Source: an uncultured Acidobacteriota bacterium
GTDB taxonomy: Bacteria > Acidobacteriota > Thermoanaerobaculia > Multivoradales > UBA5704
Assembly (NCBI GenBank): GCA_963700145.1
Contig: OY969474.1
Span: forward strand, 3,680,001 to 3,744,000
DNA: 64,000 bases
Direction of reading: 5' to 3'
In this document: piece after piece, positions 42,058-53,017 of the stretch
Numbering within the stretch: the stretch's first letter is position 1
Layout: every line of letters begins with the position of its first letter
Program-made: the position numbers and the translations under genes
The notes under the pieces: model-generated
The model's database searches: none
The model's input: the letters and a program-made list of their open reading frames with translations, nothing else
Told to the model about the DNA's origin: nothing

Positions 42058-42719
42058 GCCCCTGCTATCTCGAATCGCTCGATCCAGCCGCCCGCGAGCT
42101 CCTGGCGCGCCTTGGCGGCCGGCCATGGACCGAGGACTTCTACCTCGCCGGCTCGGCGGCGCTGGCTCTCTACACCGGCCATCGCGCCGTCCGCGACCTC
42201 GACCTGATGAGCAACGCCAACCGCCTCACCCCACCCGAGCGCCGCGACCTGCTCGCCGACCTGCTCGAGATGGCGCCGGCGACCGAGGTCGAGACGGCGC
42301 GCGACGGCTACCTCTTCGCGCGCCTTGCCGAAACCGGGCTGCGATTCTTCTACTACCCGTACCCGCTCGTCGACCCATTCGCGGACCTGGACGGCGTGGC
42401 CGTCGTCTCCGCCGTAGACCTCGGCCTGATGAAGCTCGCCGCGATCATCAGCCGCGGCACCCGCCGCGACTTCGTCGACCTCTACCTCCTCTGCCGCACG
42501 CTCCCCTTGGCCGACCTCCTCGCCCGCGCCGAAGACAAGTTCGGCCACGTCCGCGACTTCCCCCTCCAGGCCCTCAAAGGCCTCGCCGACCTCTCCCAAG
42601 TCCAAGGCGAGCCCATGCCCACCCTCGTCGCCCCGCTCGCCTGGGAAGAGGTCGAAGCCTGGGCCCGGACCGAAGCCCGCACCCTCGGCCGCGCCCGCGC
42701 CGGGCTGCCCGTCGCATGA
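42036..42719 (+). CDS. AbiEii/AbiGii-family nucleotidyltransferase (putative toxin)
   Basis: FYLAGSAALAL, HRAVRDLD, KLAAIISRGTRRDFVDL. Confidence 0.85.
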   Translation: MRLVAALSPCYLESLDPAARELLARLGGRPWTEDFYLAGSAALALYTGHRAVRDLDLMSNANRLTPPERRDLLADLLEMAPATEVETARDGYLFARLAETGLRFFYYPYPLVDPFADLDGVAVVSAVDLGLMKLAAIISRGTRRDFVDLYLLCRTLPLADLLARAEDKFGHVRDFPLQALKGLADLSQVQGEPMPTLVAPLAWEEVEAWARTEARTLGRARAGLPVA

Positions 42720-44020
42720 GCGCCGACCTCCTGATCGAGAACCTCGCCGAGGTGGCGACGCCGGAGGGGGCGGGGCCGCGGCGGGGGGTGGAGCAGGGGA
42801 GGGTGCGGCGGCTCCGAGGGGCGGAGGTGCTCTGCCGCGACGGGTGGATCGCCTTCCTCGGGGCGCGCGAGGAGCGCGAGCGGGTCTACGGGCCGCTGCC
42901 CGAGGCCGAGCGGCTGGACGGCCGCGGCGGCACGCTCGTCCCGGGCTTCGTCGATCCCCACACCCACCTCCCCTGGGCCGGCAGCCGCGAGGAGGAGTTC
43001 GCGCAGCGGCTGGCCGGCAAGACCTACCAGGAGATCGCCGCCGCCGGCGGCGGCATCCTCTCGACTGTCGCCGCCACCCGCCGGGCGAGCGAGGAGGAGC
43101 TTGCGGCCGGCGCCCGGCGCCGCCTCGACCGCATGCTCGTCCACGGCACCACGACCGCCGAGGCGAAGAGCGGCTACGGCCTGTCGCGCGAGGACGAGCT
43201 CAAGCAGCTCCGCGCCCTGCGCCGCGCCGCCGCGGCGCACCCGGTGGAGGTCCTGCCCACCCTCCTCGCCGCGCACGAGGTGCCGCCCGAGCACCGCAAC
43301 CCTGGCGGCCGCGCCCGCTACCTCGACCTCATCTGCGAGGAGATCGTGCCCGCCGCGGCGGCCGAAGGCCTCGCCCGCTTCTGCGACGTCTTCTGCGAGC
43401 GCGGCATCTTCTCGCCGCAAGAGTCGCGGCGGGTGCTCGAGGCCGGCGTCCGCCACGGGCTCGCGCCCCGCCTCCACGCCGACGAGTTCGAGGACTCCGG
43501 CGGCGCCCTGCTCGCCGCCGAGCTCAAGGCCCTCTCGGCCGACCACTTGATCGCCGTCTCGCCGCGCGGTGTTGAGGCCCTGGCCGCCGCCGGCGTCACC
43601 GCCGTGCTCCTGCCGGGCACCAGCTTCTTCCTCATGAAGCACCGCTGGGCGCCGGCGCGGCGCCTGCTCGAGGCCGGAGTCCCGGTCGCCCTCGCCACCG
43701 ACTGCAACCCCGGCTCCTCGCACACCGAGTCGATGCCGATGGTCGTGACCCTCGCCGTCTTCGAGCTGGGGCTCAGCGTCGAGGAGGCGCTCACCGCGGC
43801 GACCTTGAACGCCGCCTGCGCGCTCGGCCTGGGCGCCGAGATCGGCTCGATCGAGCCGGGCAAACGCGCCGACCTTCTCCTGCTCGACGCCCCCAACCTC
43901 CTCCACCTCGCCTACCACTTCGGGGTCAACCCGGTGGCGGCCGTCGTCAAGGGGGGGCGGGTGGTGCACCTAGGCGCGAAGGCTTTCGCGCCGGGCTCCA
44001 ATCAAGAGCCAGGAGCGTAG
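42716..44020 (+). CDS. hutI: Imidazolonepropionase
   Basis: [40 protein letters not shown]. Confidence 0.95.
   Translation: MSADLLIENLAEVATPEGAGPRRGVEQGRVRRLRGAEVLCRDGWIAFLGAREERERVYGPLPEAERLDGRGGTLVPGFVDPHTHLPWAGSREEEFAQRLAGKTYQEIAAAGGGILSTVAATRRASEEELAAGARRRLDRMLVHGTTTAEAKSGYGLSREDELKQLRALRRAAAAHPVEVLPTLLAAHEVPPEHRNPGGRARYLDLICEEIVPAAAAEGLARFCDVFCERGIFSPQESRRVLEAGVRHGLAPRLHADEFEDSGGALLAAELKALSADHLIAVSPRGVEALAAAGVTAVLLPGTSFFLMKHRWAPARRLLEAGVPVALATDCNPGSSHTESMPMVVTLAVFELGLSVEEALTAATLNAACALGLGAEIGSIEPGKRADLLLLDAPNLLHLAYHFGVNPVAAVVKGGRVVHLGAKAFAPGSNQEPGA
43969..44006 (+). repeat. 38-bp palindromic repeat (family B), copy 2, in the hutI C-terminus
   Basis: CCTAGGCGCGAAGGCTTTCGCGCCGGGCTCCAATCAAG. 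Confidence 0.8.
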
Positions 44021-44106
44021 TCCGGCGCGCGCCCAGCGCGGCGGGCTCCTGGCGTAGAATCCCGCCCCTCACCGCCCCACGCGACCTCCGCGGAGAAGGA
44101 GCCGCC

Positions 44107-44586
44107 ATGATCCGCCAGACCGCCTGCGCGTTCGCCTGCGCTCTCCTGTTGGCAGCCGCCGGCAACGCCCAGGGCACGACCGGGAAGGAGGAGAAGCCCG
44201 TGCCGACGCAAGAGCAGGCCAAGGAGCCGCCGAAAGAGGTGACCCTCCCCTCGGGGCTGCGCTACACCGACCTCGCGCCGGGAGAGGGAGAGGCGGCGAA
44301 GGCCGGGGACGTCGTCGAGGTCCACTACACCGGCTGGCTCACCGACGGCAAGAAGTTCGACTCCAGCCGCGACCGCAACGAGCCGTTCCGCTTCCGCCTC
44401 GGCGCGGGGATGGTGATCAAGGGGTGGGACGAGGGGGTGGCGGGGATGAAGCGCGGCGGCAAGCGGCGCCTCAACATCCCCTCGGCGCTCGGCTACGGCA
44501 AGCGCGGCGCCGGCGACGTCATCCCGCCCGACGCCGACCTGGTCTTCGAGGTCGAGCTGCTGGGGATCGGCGGCGCGCAGAGGTAA
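44107..44586 (+). CDS. FKBP-type peptidyl-prolyl isomerase, secreted
   Basis: [27 protein letters not shown]. Confidence 0.95.
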   Translation: MIRQTACAFACALLLAAAGNAQGTTGKEEKPVPTQEQAKEPPKEVTLPSGLRYTDLAPGEGEAAKAGDVVEVHYTGWLTDGKKFDSSRDRNEPFRFRLGAGMVIKGWDEGVAGMKRGGKRRLNIPSALGYGKRGAGDVIPPDADLVFEVELLGIGGAQR

Positions 44587-44619
44587 GCGGGCAAGAACGC
44601 CCGGCACCTCGGCCGGGCG

Positions 44620-47600
44620 CTACTCCAGCACCAGCTCCGCGGTCTGCCCCGGGACGAGGGTCACCGTCCCGCTCCAGACGCGTCCGTCCGGCGCCCGCGC
44701 CTCGATCGTCCACGCCCCGGCCGGCAGCCCGTCCAACCGCGACCGCCCCGCCGCCATGTTCCAGTCGCTCTGCACCGCTCCGCCCCAGCCGGGCTGGCGG
44801 AAGGGCGCGCCGTCGGCGCCGCGCGCGGTGACCTTCGCCATCACCGGCTCGCCGGCCAGCGCCGGCACCCGCAGGTCGAGCGCGGCCCCGGGCGCCAGCG
44901 CCAGCCGCACCGGCGGCCCCGGCACCACCGCGGCGGCGCGGCCGACCGCCAGCCCTTCGGCCGACACCAGCACCTCGAAGCTGCCGGCGGGCACCGTGGG
45001 AAGGCGCACCCGCCCCTCGGCGCCGGTCTCGTGCCAGCCGCTGGCGACCGTACGGCCGGCGCCGTCGACGACCGCGAGCATGACGTCCGACGGCGCGCCG
45101 CCGGTCTGACGCACGACCTCGAGGACGAGGCCGGCGGTCGGCTCGAGCGCCACCTCCACCTCCTCGACGTCCACCCCCTCGCGCACCGTCAGCTCGCGGT
45201 TGCCCGCGGCGTAGCCTTCGCGCTCGACGCGCAGCCGCCAACGCCCGGCCGCGACCTCGTGGAGGCGGAAGCGGCCCTGCGCGTCGGTCGTCACGCCGCT
45301 GAGCTCCAGCCCCCAGATCCGCTCTTCCCCCTCCGGCGGCTCCAGCCGCACCGCCGCGCCGGCGATCGGCGCGCGGTCGGAGGAGTCCACCACCCGCCCC
45401 GCGACCGCGGCCACCGCCAGCTCGAGCACCACCTCGCGGTCGGCCTCGAGCGCCAGCTTCTCGCGCAGGATGGCGCTGCCGGACTGGACCGAGACGTCGT
45501 AGCTGCCGGCGTCGAGACCGCCGATGCGGAAGAGACCGTCGCGGTCGGTCTCCGCCGAGCCGCGATCGGCGACGTCCGACCCTTGCGCCGAGACGTAGGC
45601 GCCGGAGACCGGCGCGCCGCCGCGCAACACCCGTCCCGAGAGGGTCAAGCCGGTGGCGAAGTCGAGGTCCAGGGTCGCCTCGGAGGCGCCGGGGGTCAGC
45701 GTCACGCGCCCCTCGGCGCGGCGGCCGGTGCCCGGGACCTCCGCCCACACGCGCCATTCCCCCGGCGCGACGGCCGCGATGCGATACCGCCCCTCGTAGT
45801 CGACGCGGGTCGACTTGTAGTCCATCGCCTGCGCCCGGTGGGCGCCGACCTCGACGCGCGCCAGCGCGTCGGGCTCCAGGCCGAGCACGCGGCCGACGAT
45901 CGCGCCGCCCGCCTGGAGGCGCACCTCGAGCCCACCGACGGGCGCGCCGGCGACGCGCAGCGGCTCCGACTCGGCCGTGGCGTGGCCCTGCTTGCTCGCC
46001 CGCACGCGGTACTCCCCGTCCTCCACCCCCTCGAAACGGAAGCTGCCGTCGCCGGCGGTCGTCGCCTGGCGGCGGGTCCAGCCGCGGTCGCCGGCGAGGA
46101 GCATCACCTCCGCCCCGGCGACCGGCGCTCCTTCGGCGTCGACCACCCGCCCCGCCACCTCCGCCCCGCCGGTCAGCCGGATGTCGAGGCGGTTCTCCCC
46201 GGCACGGACGTCGAGCTCGCCGACGCCGCGGCGCCCCTGGTCGTCCTCGGCGGAGATCGAGCGCGGGCCGGTGGGGAGGCCGTCGAGCACGTACCAGCCG
46301 TCGCCGTCGGCCGTGGCATTGGCGGAGATGCGGAAGCTACGCACGCTGCGCTCCTCGACCGGCTCCACGAACGCGCCGGCGACCGGGCGGCCCTCGCCGT
46401 CCACGACCCGCCCTTCGACCGCCGCCCCCGGCGCCAGCACCAGCTCCAAGTCGGCGACGTCTTTGCCCGCCACCGCCTGCACGCCCGTGAGCTCCGCCGC
46501 CTGGCGTCCCACGGCACGGGCGGAGACGCGCAGCGTCCCGGGATCGACGTCGGTGAAGAGGAAGCGCCCCTCGTCGTCGCTCGTGGCGCGGCCGGCGAAG
46601 CTCGAGCCGGAGTAGCCGCCGCGCTGCCGCTCGGCCATAAGGAAGACCTCGGCGCCGGCGACCGGCTTGGCGTCGGGATCGACCACCCGGCCGGAGACGC
46701 GCACCGCGTGCTGCAGCGTCACCGTGACCGGCTCGGCCGGCGGTACCACGCCGGGGACCTCCGCGCCGCCGTAGCCGCGGCGCACGACCTGGAGGTCCAC
46801 CGCCTGGCCCGGCGCCAGGTCGGCCACCCGGAACCAGCCGTCGAGGCTGCTGCGCGCTGCGGGCTCTTCTTCCCGGCGGAAGAGGCCTCGAAAAGGGCTC
46901 CTCGCGCCGGCGGCCGTCACCCACACCTCCGCCTCGGCGATCGGCTGGCCGCGCGCGTCGATCACCCGCCCCTCGAGCGCCGTGCCCGGGCGCAGGATGA
47001 CCGTTCCCAGAGCCTGCTCCCCTTCGCCGCCGGCGACCTCGATCCCGGGCACCTCGCGCGGCGCGAAGCCGGCGGCCTCGGCGGTCAGGTCGTAGCGGCC
47101 GGCCGGGAGCCCGGGGACCTCGAAGCGGCCGCGCGCATCGGTCGCGGCTGTGAAGCGCGGCGGCTCGGGGTCTCCCGGGAAGCGCATCCGGCGCTCGCCG
47201 CGCGCCGGCGCCGACTCCAGGGTGACGGCGGCGCCAGCGACCGGGCGCTCGCTCTGGTCCACCACCAGCCCGGCGCCGCGGCGGCCGCGGTCGAGGGCCA
47301 GCTCGAGCGGCGGCGGCACGGCGCCCGCCTCGACCGGCGCTGCCTCGGCGGTCTTCGGCGCGTAGCCGCTGCGGGTGAGGTGGAGCTCGTAGCCGGTGCC
47401 CGCGGCGAGGCCGCGCAGCGTGAAACGGCCGTCGGCGCCGGTGCGCGCCACCGCGCTCGGGGGGTCGGACCAGCGCATCGTGAACGTCCCTTCGGGCGAG
47501 GGCGCGGCGTGCACCTCGACCCCGGCGAGCGGCGTCTTCGCGGCGGCGTCCACCACGCGCCCGCGCAGGCGCACCGCGGGCCGCAGCGCGAAGGTCGGCC

Positions 47601-48759
47601 CGCGCTCCTCGCCAGCGCCGCTCGGCGCCTCTTCCCAGGCCGGCAAGTAGCTCGGGGCGGCGGCGCCCAGCCCGCGCCAGGTGCTCGCGGTCGCCACCAC
47701 GCGGTAGCTGCCGGTGCGGTCGGTGCGCGCGGCGCCGTCGGGGTCCTCTCCGATCCAGACCAGCGCTCCGGCCAGCGGCTCGCGCCGGTCGGCGTCCAGC
47801 ACGCGGCCGGAGCGGGGGCCGGCGTCGGCGAGAGTGAGGAGCGCGGCCGGACGCCCGGCGGCCGCGGCGGCGGACGCCGTCCGGTCAACCGCCTCAGGCG
47901 GGCGGAGGCGCGCCGAGGCTTGGCGCCCGCCGGCGGCCAGGGCGTGCACCTCCTCGCCCGCGGCGCCGGGCGGCGCGACGACAAGCTTGCCGTTGCCGCC
48001 GGTCGTGCCGAGCGGCCAGCGCCCCTTGCCGCCGACCACGAGCGCGCCCCCGACCGGCCGGCCGGCGGCGTCGCGCACCTCGATGGGCACCGGCGGTCCC
48101 GCGGCGGCGAGGGCGAGGGTGGCGCTCTTGCGCGCCGCGGCAACCTCCAGCTCGGCCTCGTGGAAGCCGGGCGCGAACGCGCGCACGGTGAGGCGCTCCG
48201 CCGCGCCGCGCGGCACCGCGACCGGCCCCGGCGCGGTCTGGCGGAGGAGCCGCAGCGGCGGCCGCCAGGCCTCGTCGCCGCGGTAGCGCGGGAAGTTGCT
48301 CGGTTGCACCGCCACCCAGGCCCCGGCGACCGGCTTGCCGTCGGGTCCGACCACCGCGACCGCGAGCGGCCGCTCGCGCGCCAGCTCCACCGCCTCGAGC
48401 TCGCGCTCCTCGACCAGCGGCAAGAGGTCCAGCTCCTGCGCCAGGTGCCCGGCGGCCTCGGCGCGCAGCGTCCAGAAGCCGGCCTCGCGCGCGGCGAGCG
48501 TGAAGGTGCCGTCGGCGGCGGTCGCCGTGGAGACGAGCGCCTTCGGATCGGCCTCGGCGGCCGCGGCCAGCAGCCGCTCGCCCCGCGCGCGCTCCCCCTC
48601 GTAGGGGAAGAGCGCCACCTTGGCGCCGGCGAGCGGCGCACCGCCCGAGCCGAGCACCCGCCCGTGCACCGCCAGGCCGGACGCGGGCTCCGCGGCGGGC
48701 GCGGCCGCGGCGATCAGGAAGAGACCGGCAAAGAGCGGAGCGAGGCGGCGACGACGCAC
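44620..48759 (-). CDS. Large secreted protein with many carboxypeptidase-regulatory-like (Cna-B-type) repeats
   Basis: Recurrent GRVVD..G.PVAGA.V....TD..GRF....L..G.Y motifs; signal peptide. Confidence 0.85.
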   Translation of the reverse strand: MRRRRLAPLFAGLFLIAAAAPAAEPASGLAVHGRVLGSGGAPLAGAKVALFPYEGERARGERLLAAAAEADPKALVSTATAADGTFTLAAREAGFWTLRAEAAGHLAQELDLLPLVEERELEAVELARERPLAVAVVGPDGKPVAGAWVAVQPSNFPRYRGDEAWRPPLRLLRQTAPGPVAVPRGAAERLTVRAFAPGFHEAELEVAAARKSATLALAAAGPPVPIEVRDAAGRPVGGALVVGGKGRWPLGTTGGNGKLVVAPPGAAGEEVHALAAGGRQASARLRPPEAVDRTASAAAAAGRPAALLTLADAGPRSGRVLDADRREPLAGALVWIGEDPDGAARTDRTGSYRVVATASTWRGLGAAAPSYLPAWEEAPSGAGEERGPTFALRPAVRLRGRVVDAAAKTPLAGVEVHAAPSPEGTFTMRWSDPPSAVARTGADGRFTLRGLAAGTGYELHLTRSGYAPKTAEAAPVEAGAVPPPLELALDRGRRGAGLVVDQSERPVAGAAVTLESAPARGERRMRFPGDPEPPRFTAATDARGRFEVPGLPAGRYDLTAEAAGFAPREVPGIEVAGGEGEQALGTVILRPGTALEGRVIDARGQPIAEAEVWVTAAGARSPFRGLFRREEEPAARSSLDGWFRVADLAPGQAVDLQVVRRGYGGAEVPGVVPPAEPVTVTLQHAVRVSGRVVDPDAKPVAGAEVFLMAERQRGGYSGSSFAGRATSDDEGRFLFTDVDPGTLRVSARAVGRQAAELTGVQAVAGKDVADLELVLAPGAAVEGRVVDGEGRPVAGAFVEPVEERSVRSFRISANATADGDGWYVLDGLPTGPRSISAEDDQGRRGVGELDVRAGENRLDIRLTGGAEVAGRVVDAEGAPVAGAEVMLLAGDRGWTRRQATTAGDGSFRFEGVEDGEYRVRASKQGHATAESEPLRVAGAPVGGLEVRLQAGGAIVGRVLGLEPDALARVEVGAHRAQAMDYKSTRVDYEGRYRIAAVAPGEWRVWAEVPGTGRRAEGRVTLTPGASEATLDLDFATGLTLSGRVLRGGAPVSGAYVSAQGSDVADRGSAETDRDGLFRIGGLDAGSYDVSVQSGSAILREKLALEADREVVLELAVAAVAGRVVDSSDRAPIAGAAVRLEPPEGEERIWGLELSGVTTDAQGRFRLHEVAAGRWRLRVEREGYAAGNRELTVREGVDVEEVEVALEPTAGLVLEVVRQTGGAPSDVMLAVVDGAGRTVASGWHETGAEGRVRLPTVPAGSFEVLVSAEGLAVGRAAAVVPGPPVRLALAPGAALDLRVPALAGEPVMAKVTARGADGAPFRQPGWGGAVQSDWNMAAGRSRLDGLPAGAWTIEARAPDGRVWSGTVTLVPGQTAELVLE

Positions 48760-48793
48760 GACAGTAAGTCCTCCGACTGCGGATCGTGGGCGC

Positions 48794-50512
48794 TTATCGC
48801 GCGGCGCCCGCCGCCTCCGCGTAGGCGTAGACCGGCCGCACGTCGACCGGCACGTCGCCGAGTCGGCCGATCGCCGCCAGCAGCTCCGGCGTCGCCTTGC
48901 CGTAGCGCTCGAGGAAGCGCTGCGAGCCGGCGTAGTCGCCGGTCGCCTGGAGCAGCAGCATGTCGCGCAGCAGGTCGCGCACCGCCGCCGGGAACTTCTC
49001 CGAGACGGCGCGGTAGCGCCCCTGGCCGTCCACCGTCAGCGCGCCCTTCTCCTGCAGGTAGTTGAACTGCGCCGTCACCCCCTGGCCGTGCGCCTCGCCG
49101 ACGCCGAAGCGGGCGGAGCGGAAGAGGCCGGCGACGTAGGTGGGCTCGAGCGCGCGGCGGAGGGCGGCGGGCATCTCGCCCTCCTCGATCAGGGCGAGGA
49201 TGTTGTAGACGCCCATGACGTCGGCCTTCGCCTCCTCGAGGGTGTCGTAGAGGTCCTTGAGCTCGTGCCGCACCTCGGTCCTGCGGCCGCCGACGGTGAT
49301 CGTCCCCGGCCCCAGGCCGTGCGACAGCTCGTGGTGGAGGACCTCGTTGAAGTAGGCGTCCCAGGTGACGTCGCCGACCTGCTCGGGGGCGAGCACGCGC
49401 TCGGCGATGGGTAGCAGGATGCGGTCGTACTTGGCGCGCATGATGTTGCGCAGCAGCACCTTCTTCGAGCCCTTGGCCTCGCGCACCCGCTCGTCGTTGG
49501 GCAGGTTGAAGGCGATCGTCTGCACGCCGGCGCGGGTGTCGCCGGCGGTGAAGACCTCGTCGACGACGCGGATCGGGCTCTCGCTGCCGCGCGTCCGGTT
49601 CTTGTGCTCCTCCGGGAGCGGCAGGTTCCCTTCGAGCCAGGGGAGACGCTCCTTGTAGCGGGTCAGCGCCGCCGACTCGGCCGGCAGCGCCACCGTCACG
49701 AACGACTCGTAGGCCGCCTTGTAGCCGAAGAGCGAGTCCTCGTAGGTCTCGTACGGGCCGATCGTCACCTCGACCGGGGCGTCGAGGTCCATCCAGGCCA
49801 TGTCGGAGGCGTAGTAGTCGTCGCTCGCGAAGGCGTCGGCGCGCAGGGTGAGGAAGCGCTTCAGCGAAGCGTTGTCGGTCGCCTCGGCGGCCTGGCGGAG
49901 GAGCCGGGCGGCCGGCTCCAGCCAGGCGGCGTACTCGCGCGCGTAGGGGACGGCCACCAGCCGGTCCCCCTCGCGACGGATCACCGTGGTCGTCGAGATG
50001 AACGCCTCCCGATCGTCGGGGTGCTGCGCCACCCAGCGCTCGAATTCCTCTTTCGTCATGTCTACGGGGTAGTAGCCCGCACCGTCGGGGTGGGGCGTGC
50101 TGCCGATGAAGGGCTCCATCTCCGCCAGCCGGTCCCAGGGGCCGAAGTTGATGGCAAAGTACTGCCGCGCCGCCTGGATGCGCGGCCCCCGGGCGGCCTC
50201 GAGCCGCTGCCGCAGCTCGGGGTTCCCGGCCCAGACCTGGCGCAGGAAGATCTCGTCCATCGCGCGCGACGCCTCGACCAGCAGGTCGAGCACCCGGCGG
50301 TCCGCCGGCGAGAGGGCGGAGAGGTCGGCCTCCAGGCGCACCGTGGTGAGCTTGGCGAGGCGCTGCTCGACGTCGGGGGCGATCTCCATGCCGGGGGTCT
50401 CCTGCTCCGTGGTCGCGGCCGCCGCCGGCTCCTCGACCGTCTCGCCGCCCGGGCGGCAGGCCGCGGCCGTCGCCGCGAGGATCACCGCCAGGGCCAGGGT
50501 CTTCGTGCGCAT
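48794..50512 (-). CDS. M49 dipeptidyl peptidase III-like lipoprotein
   Basis: HELSHGLG, LEEAKAD, NLPNDERVR, lipobox AAAC. Confidence 0.88.
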   Translation of the reverse strand: MRTKTLALAVILAATAAACRPGGETVEEPAAAATTEQETPGMEIAPDVEQRLAKLTTVRLEADLSALSPADRRVLDLLVEASRAMDEIFLRQVWAGNPELRQRLEAARGPRIQAARQYFAINFGPWDRLAEMEPFIGSTPHPDGAGYYPVDMTKEEFERWVAQHPDDREAFISTTTVIRREGDRLVAVPYAREYAAWLEPAARLLRQAAEATDNASLKRFLTLRADAFASDDYYASDMAWMDLDAPVEVTIGPYETYEDSLFGYKAAYESFVTVALPAESAALTRYKERLPWLEGNLPLPEEHKNRTRGSESPIRVVDEVFTAGDTRAGVQTIAFNLPNDERVREAKGSKKVLLRNIMRAKYDRILLPIAERVLAPEQVGDVTWDAYFNEVLHHELSHGLGPGTITVGGRRTEVRHELKDLYDTLEEAKADVMGVYNILALIEEGEMPAALRRALEPTYVAGLFRSARFGVGEAHGQGVTAQFNYLQEKGALTVDGQGRYRAVSEKFPAAVRDLLRDMLLLQATGDYAGSQRFLERYGKATPELLAAIGRLGDVPVDVRPVYAYAEAAGAAR

Positions 50513-50545
50513 CCGTGCCTCCGCGTGTAGGGCGCCGCTGCGGCG

Positions 50546-51202
50546 CTACGGCATGCTATCCCGCAGCGTGGCGCGGGCGGCCAGCTCGAGGTAGCGCTCG
50601 CCGGCCACCATGTAGGCCCGTTTCGGCTCGACGACGAAGACGACCTTGACCTCCGGCTCGTCGTCGATCAGGCCGGCGAGCGCCGGCGCCAGCTCCGGCC
50701 GCGGGTAGACCCAGCTCTCGACGACGATCCGCCGGGTGTCGCGCACCGGCCGGTCCCCCTCGCGGCCGCGCTCCCAGGCCGGCACCTCCTGCTGCTCGTA
50801 GCGCAGCACCGGCGGCGGCCCGAGCAGGATGAGGGCGCGGCCGCGGTCGGTCATGCAGCCGCGCGTCCCGGCCTCGGGGTAGAGGTGGTCGGCGGCCTCC
50901 ACCCGCTCCTGGAACTGCTCGGCGAAGGGATTGGCGCGGTCGTCGGGGGTGGGGTCGCGGCGCTTCCAGAACTCCTCGAGGAAGGAGATGGCCTCGCGCC
51001 CGCTGCGCAGCTTGCGCAGCCGCCGCGCCTCGTCGGGGGTCAAGAGCCAGCGCACCGGGCCGTCCATCCAGCTCGCCACCCCGGCGTTCTCCGGCCGCCG
51101 CTCCGGCGGCTGCACGCTCCCCGCCGGCGCCGCCCACAGCGCGGCCAGCAGCGGCAGCGCCAGCCTCGAGTTGCAACGGCGCGCGTGGGGCGAGAGGGTC
51201 AC
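50546..51202 (-). CDS. GWxTD domain protein
   Basis: FWKRRDPTP, GCMTDRGR..ILLGPP. Confidence 0.85.
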   Translation of the reverse strand: MTLSPHARRCNSRLALPLLAALWAAPAGSVQPPERRPENAGVASWMDGPVRWLLTPDEARRLRKLRSGREAISFLEEFWKRRDPTPDDRANPFAEQFQERVEAADHLYPEAGTRGCMTDRGRALILLGPPPVLRYEQQEVPAWERGREGDRPVRDTRRIVVESWVYPRPELAPALAGLIDDEPEVKVVFVVEPKRAYMVAGERYLELAARATLRDSMP

Positions 51203-51214
51203 GGCCGGCCGGCT

Positions 51215-51499
51215 CTAGTGCACGTTCCCGTCTCCGGCCGGCTCCGGCGCCTCGGGGATCTCCCCGAAGGCCTCCTCGTAGCGCTCGAGGTTGACCGCCA
51301 GCGCGCGCAGGATGCGCTTGAGGTGCCCCGGGCTGGTGACGATGCGCGCGGTGACGATCCCCTGCGGCGGCACCAGGTTGATGAAGTCGAGGATGAACTC
51401 CTCGCGCGTGTGGGTGATGCGCAGCAGGTTCGAGTAGCGGCCCTTCAGGTCCTCGTCGGCGATCTTGACGTTGAGCCCGACCTCCGGTCCTTCGGCCAT
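51215..51499 (-). CDS. DUF3467 protein
   Basis: GRYSN...EEFILDF...SPGHLKR...YEEAFGEI. Confidence 0.85.
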   Translation of the reverse strand: MAEGPEVGLNVKIADEDLKGRYSNLLRITHTREEFILDFINLVPPQGIVTARIVTSPGHLKRILRALAVNLERYEEAFGEIPEAPEPAGDGNVH

Positions 51500-51557
51500 C
51501 CTTGGACCTCCTTCCGCCTTGTCTGCCGGGAAGGAGGATCGTACCAGGAGGGGGGAT

Positions 51558-51645
51558 TGGCGGAGGGGGTGGGATTCGAACCCACGGACCCTTGCGGGCC
51601 GGCGGTTTTCAAGACCGCTGCTTTCGACCGCTCAGCCACCCCTCC
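51558..51645 (-). tRNA. tRNA-Ser(TGA)
   Basis: 88 nt, long variable arm, anticodon loop CTTGAAA, encoded CCA; adjacent to serS. Confidence 0.96.
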
Positions 51646-51660
51646 GGGGACGGGAACAGC

Positions 51661-52944
51661 CTAGCGTGAGGCGGTAATCCGCTCCAGGCCGCCGACGAAG
51701 GGGCGCAGGGCGGCGGGCAGCTCGACCGAGCCGTCCTCCTGCTGGCCGTTCTCGAGGATGGCGACCAGCGTCCGCCCCACCGCCAGCCCGGAGCCGTTCA
51801 GCGTGTGCAGCAGGCGCGGCTTGCCGCCGCCGGGCGGGCGGTAGCGCAGGTCGGCGCGGCGGGCCTGGAAGTCCTCGCAGTTGCTGCACGAGGAGATCTC
51901 GCGGTAGGCCCCCTGGCCCGGCAGCCAGACCTCCAAGTCGTAGGTCTTTGCGGCCGCGAACCCCAGATCGCCGGTCGAGAGCGTCACCACGCGGTAGGGG
52001 AGCTCCAGGATCTGCAGCACGCGCTCGGCGTGGCCGGTCAGCTCCTCCAGCGCTTGGTAGCTCGTCTCCGGCGCCGTCAGCTGCACCAGCTCGACCTTGT
52101 TGAACTGGTGCTGGCGGATCAGGCCGCGCACGTCCTTGCCGTAGGAGCCGGCCTCGCTGCGGAAGCAGGGCGTGTAGGCGGTGTAGCGGACCGGCAGCCG
52201 CTCCCCCTCCAGGACCTCGCCGCGGTGGAGGTTGGTGAGCGGCACCTCGGCGGTCGGCACCAGGTAGTAGTCGGTGCCCTCCAGCCGGAAGAGGTCCTTC
52301 TCGAACTTCGGCAGCTGTCCGGTGCCGCGCAGCGCGTCAGCGTTGACGATGAAGGGCGGCAGCACCTCGGTGTAGCCGTGCTCGCGGGTGTGGAGGTCGA
52401 GCATGAAGGCGATGAGCCCGCGCTCGAGCGCGGCGCCGGCGCCGAAGTAGGCGGCGAAACGCGCGCCGGCGACCTTGGCGGCGCGCTCGAAGTCGAGGAT
52501 GCCGAGAGCCGGCCCCAGCTCCCAGTGCGGCTTGGGCGCGAAGGGAAACTCCGGCGGCTCGCCCACCGTGCGCTCGCAGCGGTTGGCGGTCTCGTCGGCG
52601 CCGGCCGGGACGCTGGCGTGCGGCAGGTTGGGGAGGGCGAGCTCGATCTCGGCGAGGTCGCGCTCGATCTCGGCGAGACGCGCCTCCAGCTCCTCGATGC
52701 GCGCCTTGCCGTGCGCCACCTCGGCCATCTCGGCGGCGGCGTCCCCGCCCTGCTGCTTGGCGCGCCCGACGGCGCGCGACAGCTCGTTGCGCCGCCGCTT
52801 CAGCTCCTCGACCTCGACCAGCGCCGCGCGCCGCTCGCCGTCGAGGCGCAGCCAGGCGTCGAGCACGCGCGGATCGAGATTGCGGCTCGCCAGCCCGGCG
52901 CGCACGCGCTCGGGGTCCTCGCGCAGCAGCTCCCGCGACAGCAT
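51661..52944 (-). CDS. serS: Serine-tRNA ligase
   Basis: [33 protein letters not shown]. Confidence 0.98.
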   Translation of the reverse strand: MLSRELLREDPERVRAGLASRNLDPRVLDAWLRLDGERRAALVEVEELKRRRNELSRAVGRAKQQGGDAAAEMAEVAHGKARIEELEARLAEIERDLAEIELALPNLPHASVPAGADETANRCERTVGEPPEFPFAPKPHWELGPALGILDFERAAKVAGARFAAYFGAGAALERGLIAFMLDLHTREHGYTEVLPPFIVNADALRGTGQLPKFEKDLFRLEGTDYYLVPTAEVPLTNLHRGEVLEGERLPVRYTAYTPCFRSEAGSYGKDVRGLIRQHQFNKVELVQLTAPETSYQALEELTGHAERVLQILELPYRVVTLSTGDLGFAAAKTYDLEVWLPGQGAYREISSCSNCEDFQARRADLRYRPPGGGKPRLLHTLNGSGLAVGRTLVAILENGQQEDGSVELPAALRPFVGGLERITASR

Positions 52945-53017
52945 GGCGCGGCAGTGTAGCCGATGAGCAGCGGGGAGGTGGGCGAAGGCAAAGGGGTTAT
53001 GGGGATGTCCTCGGCGC

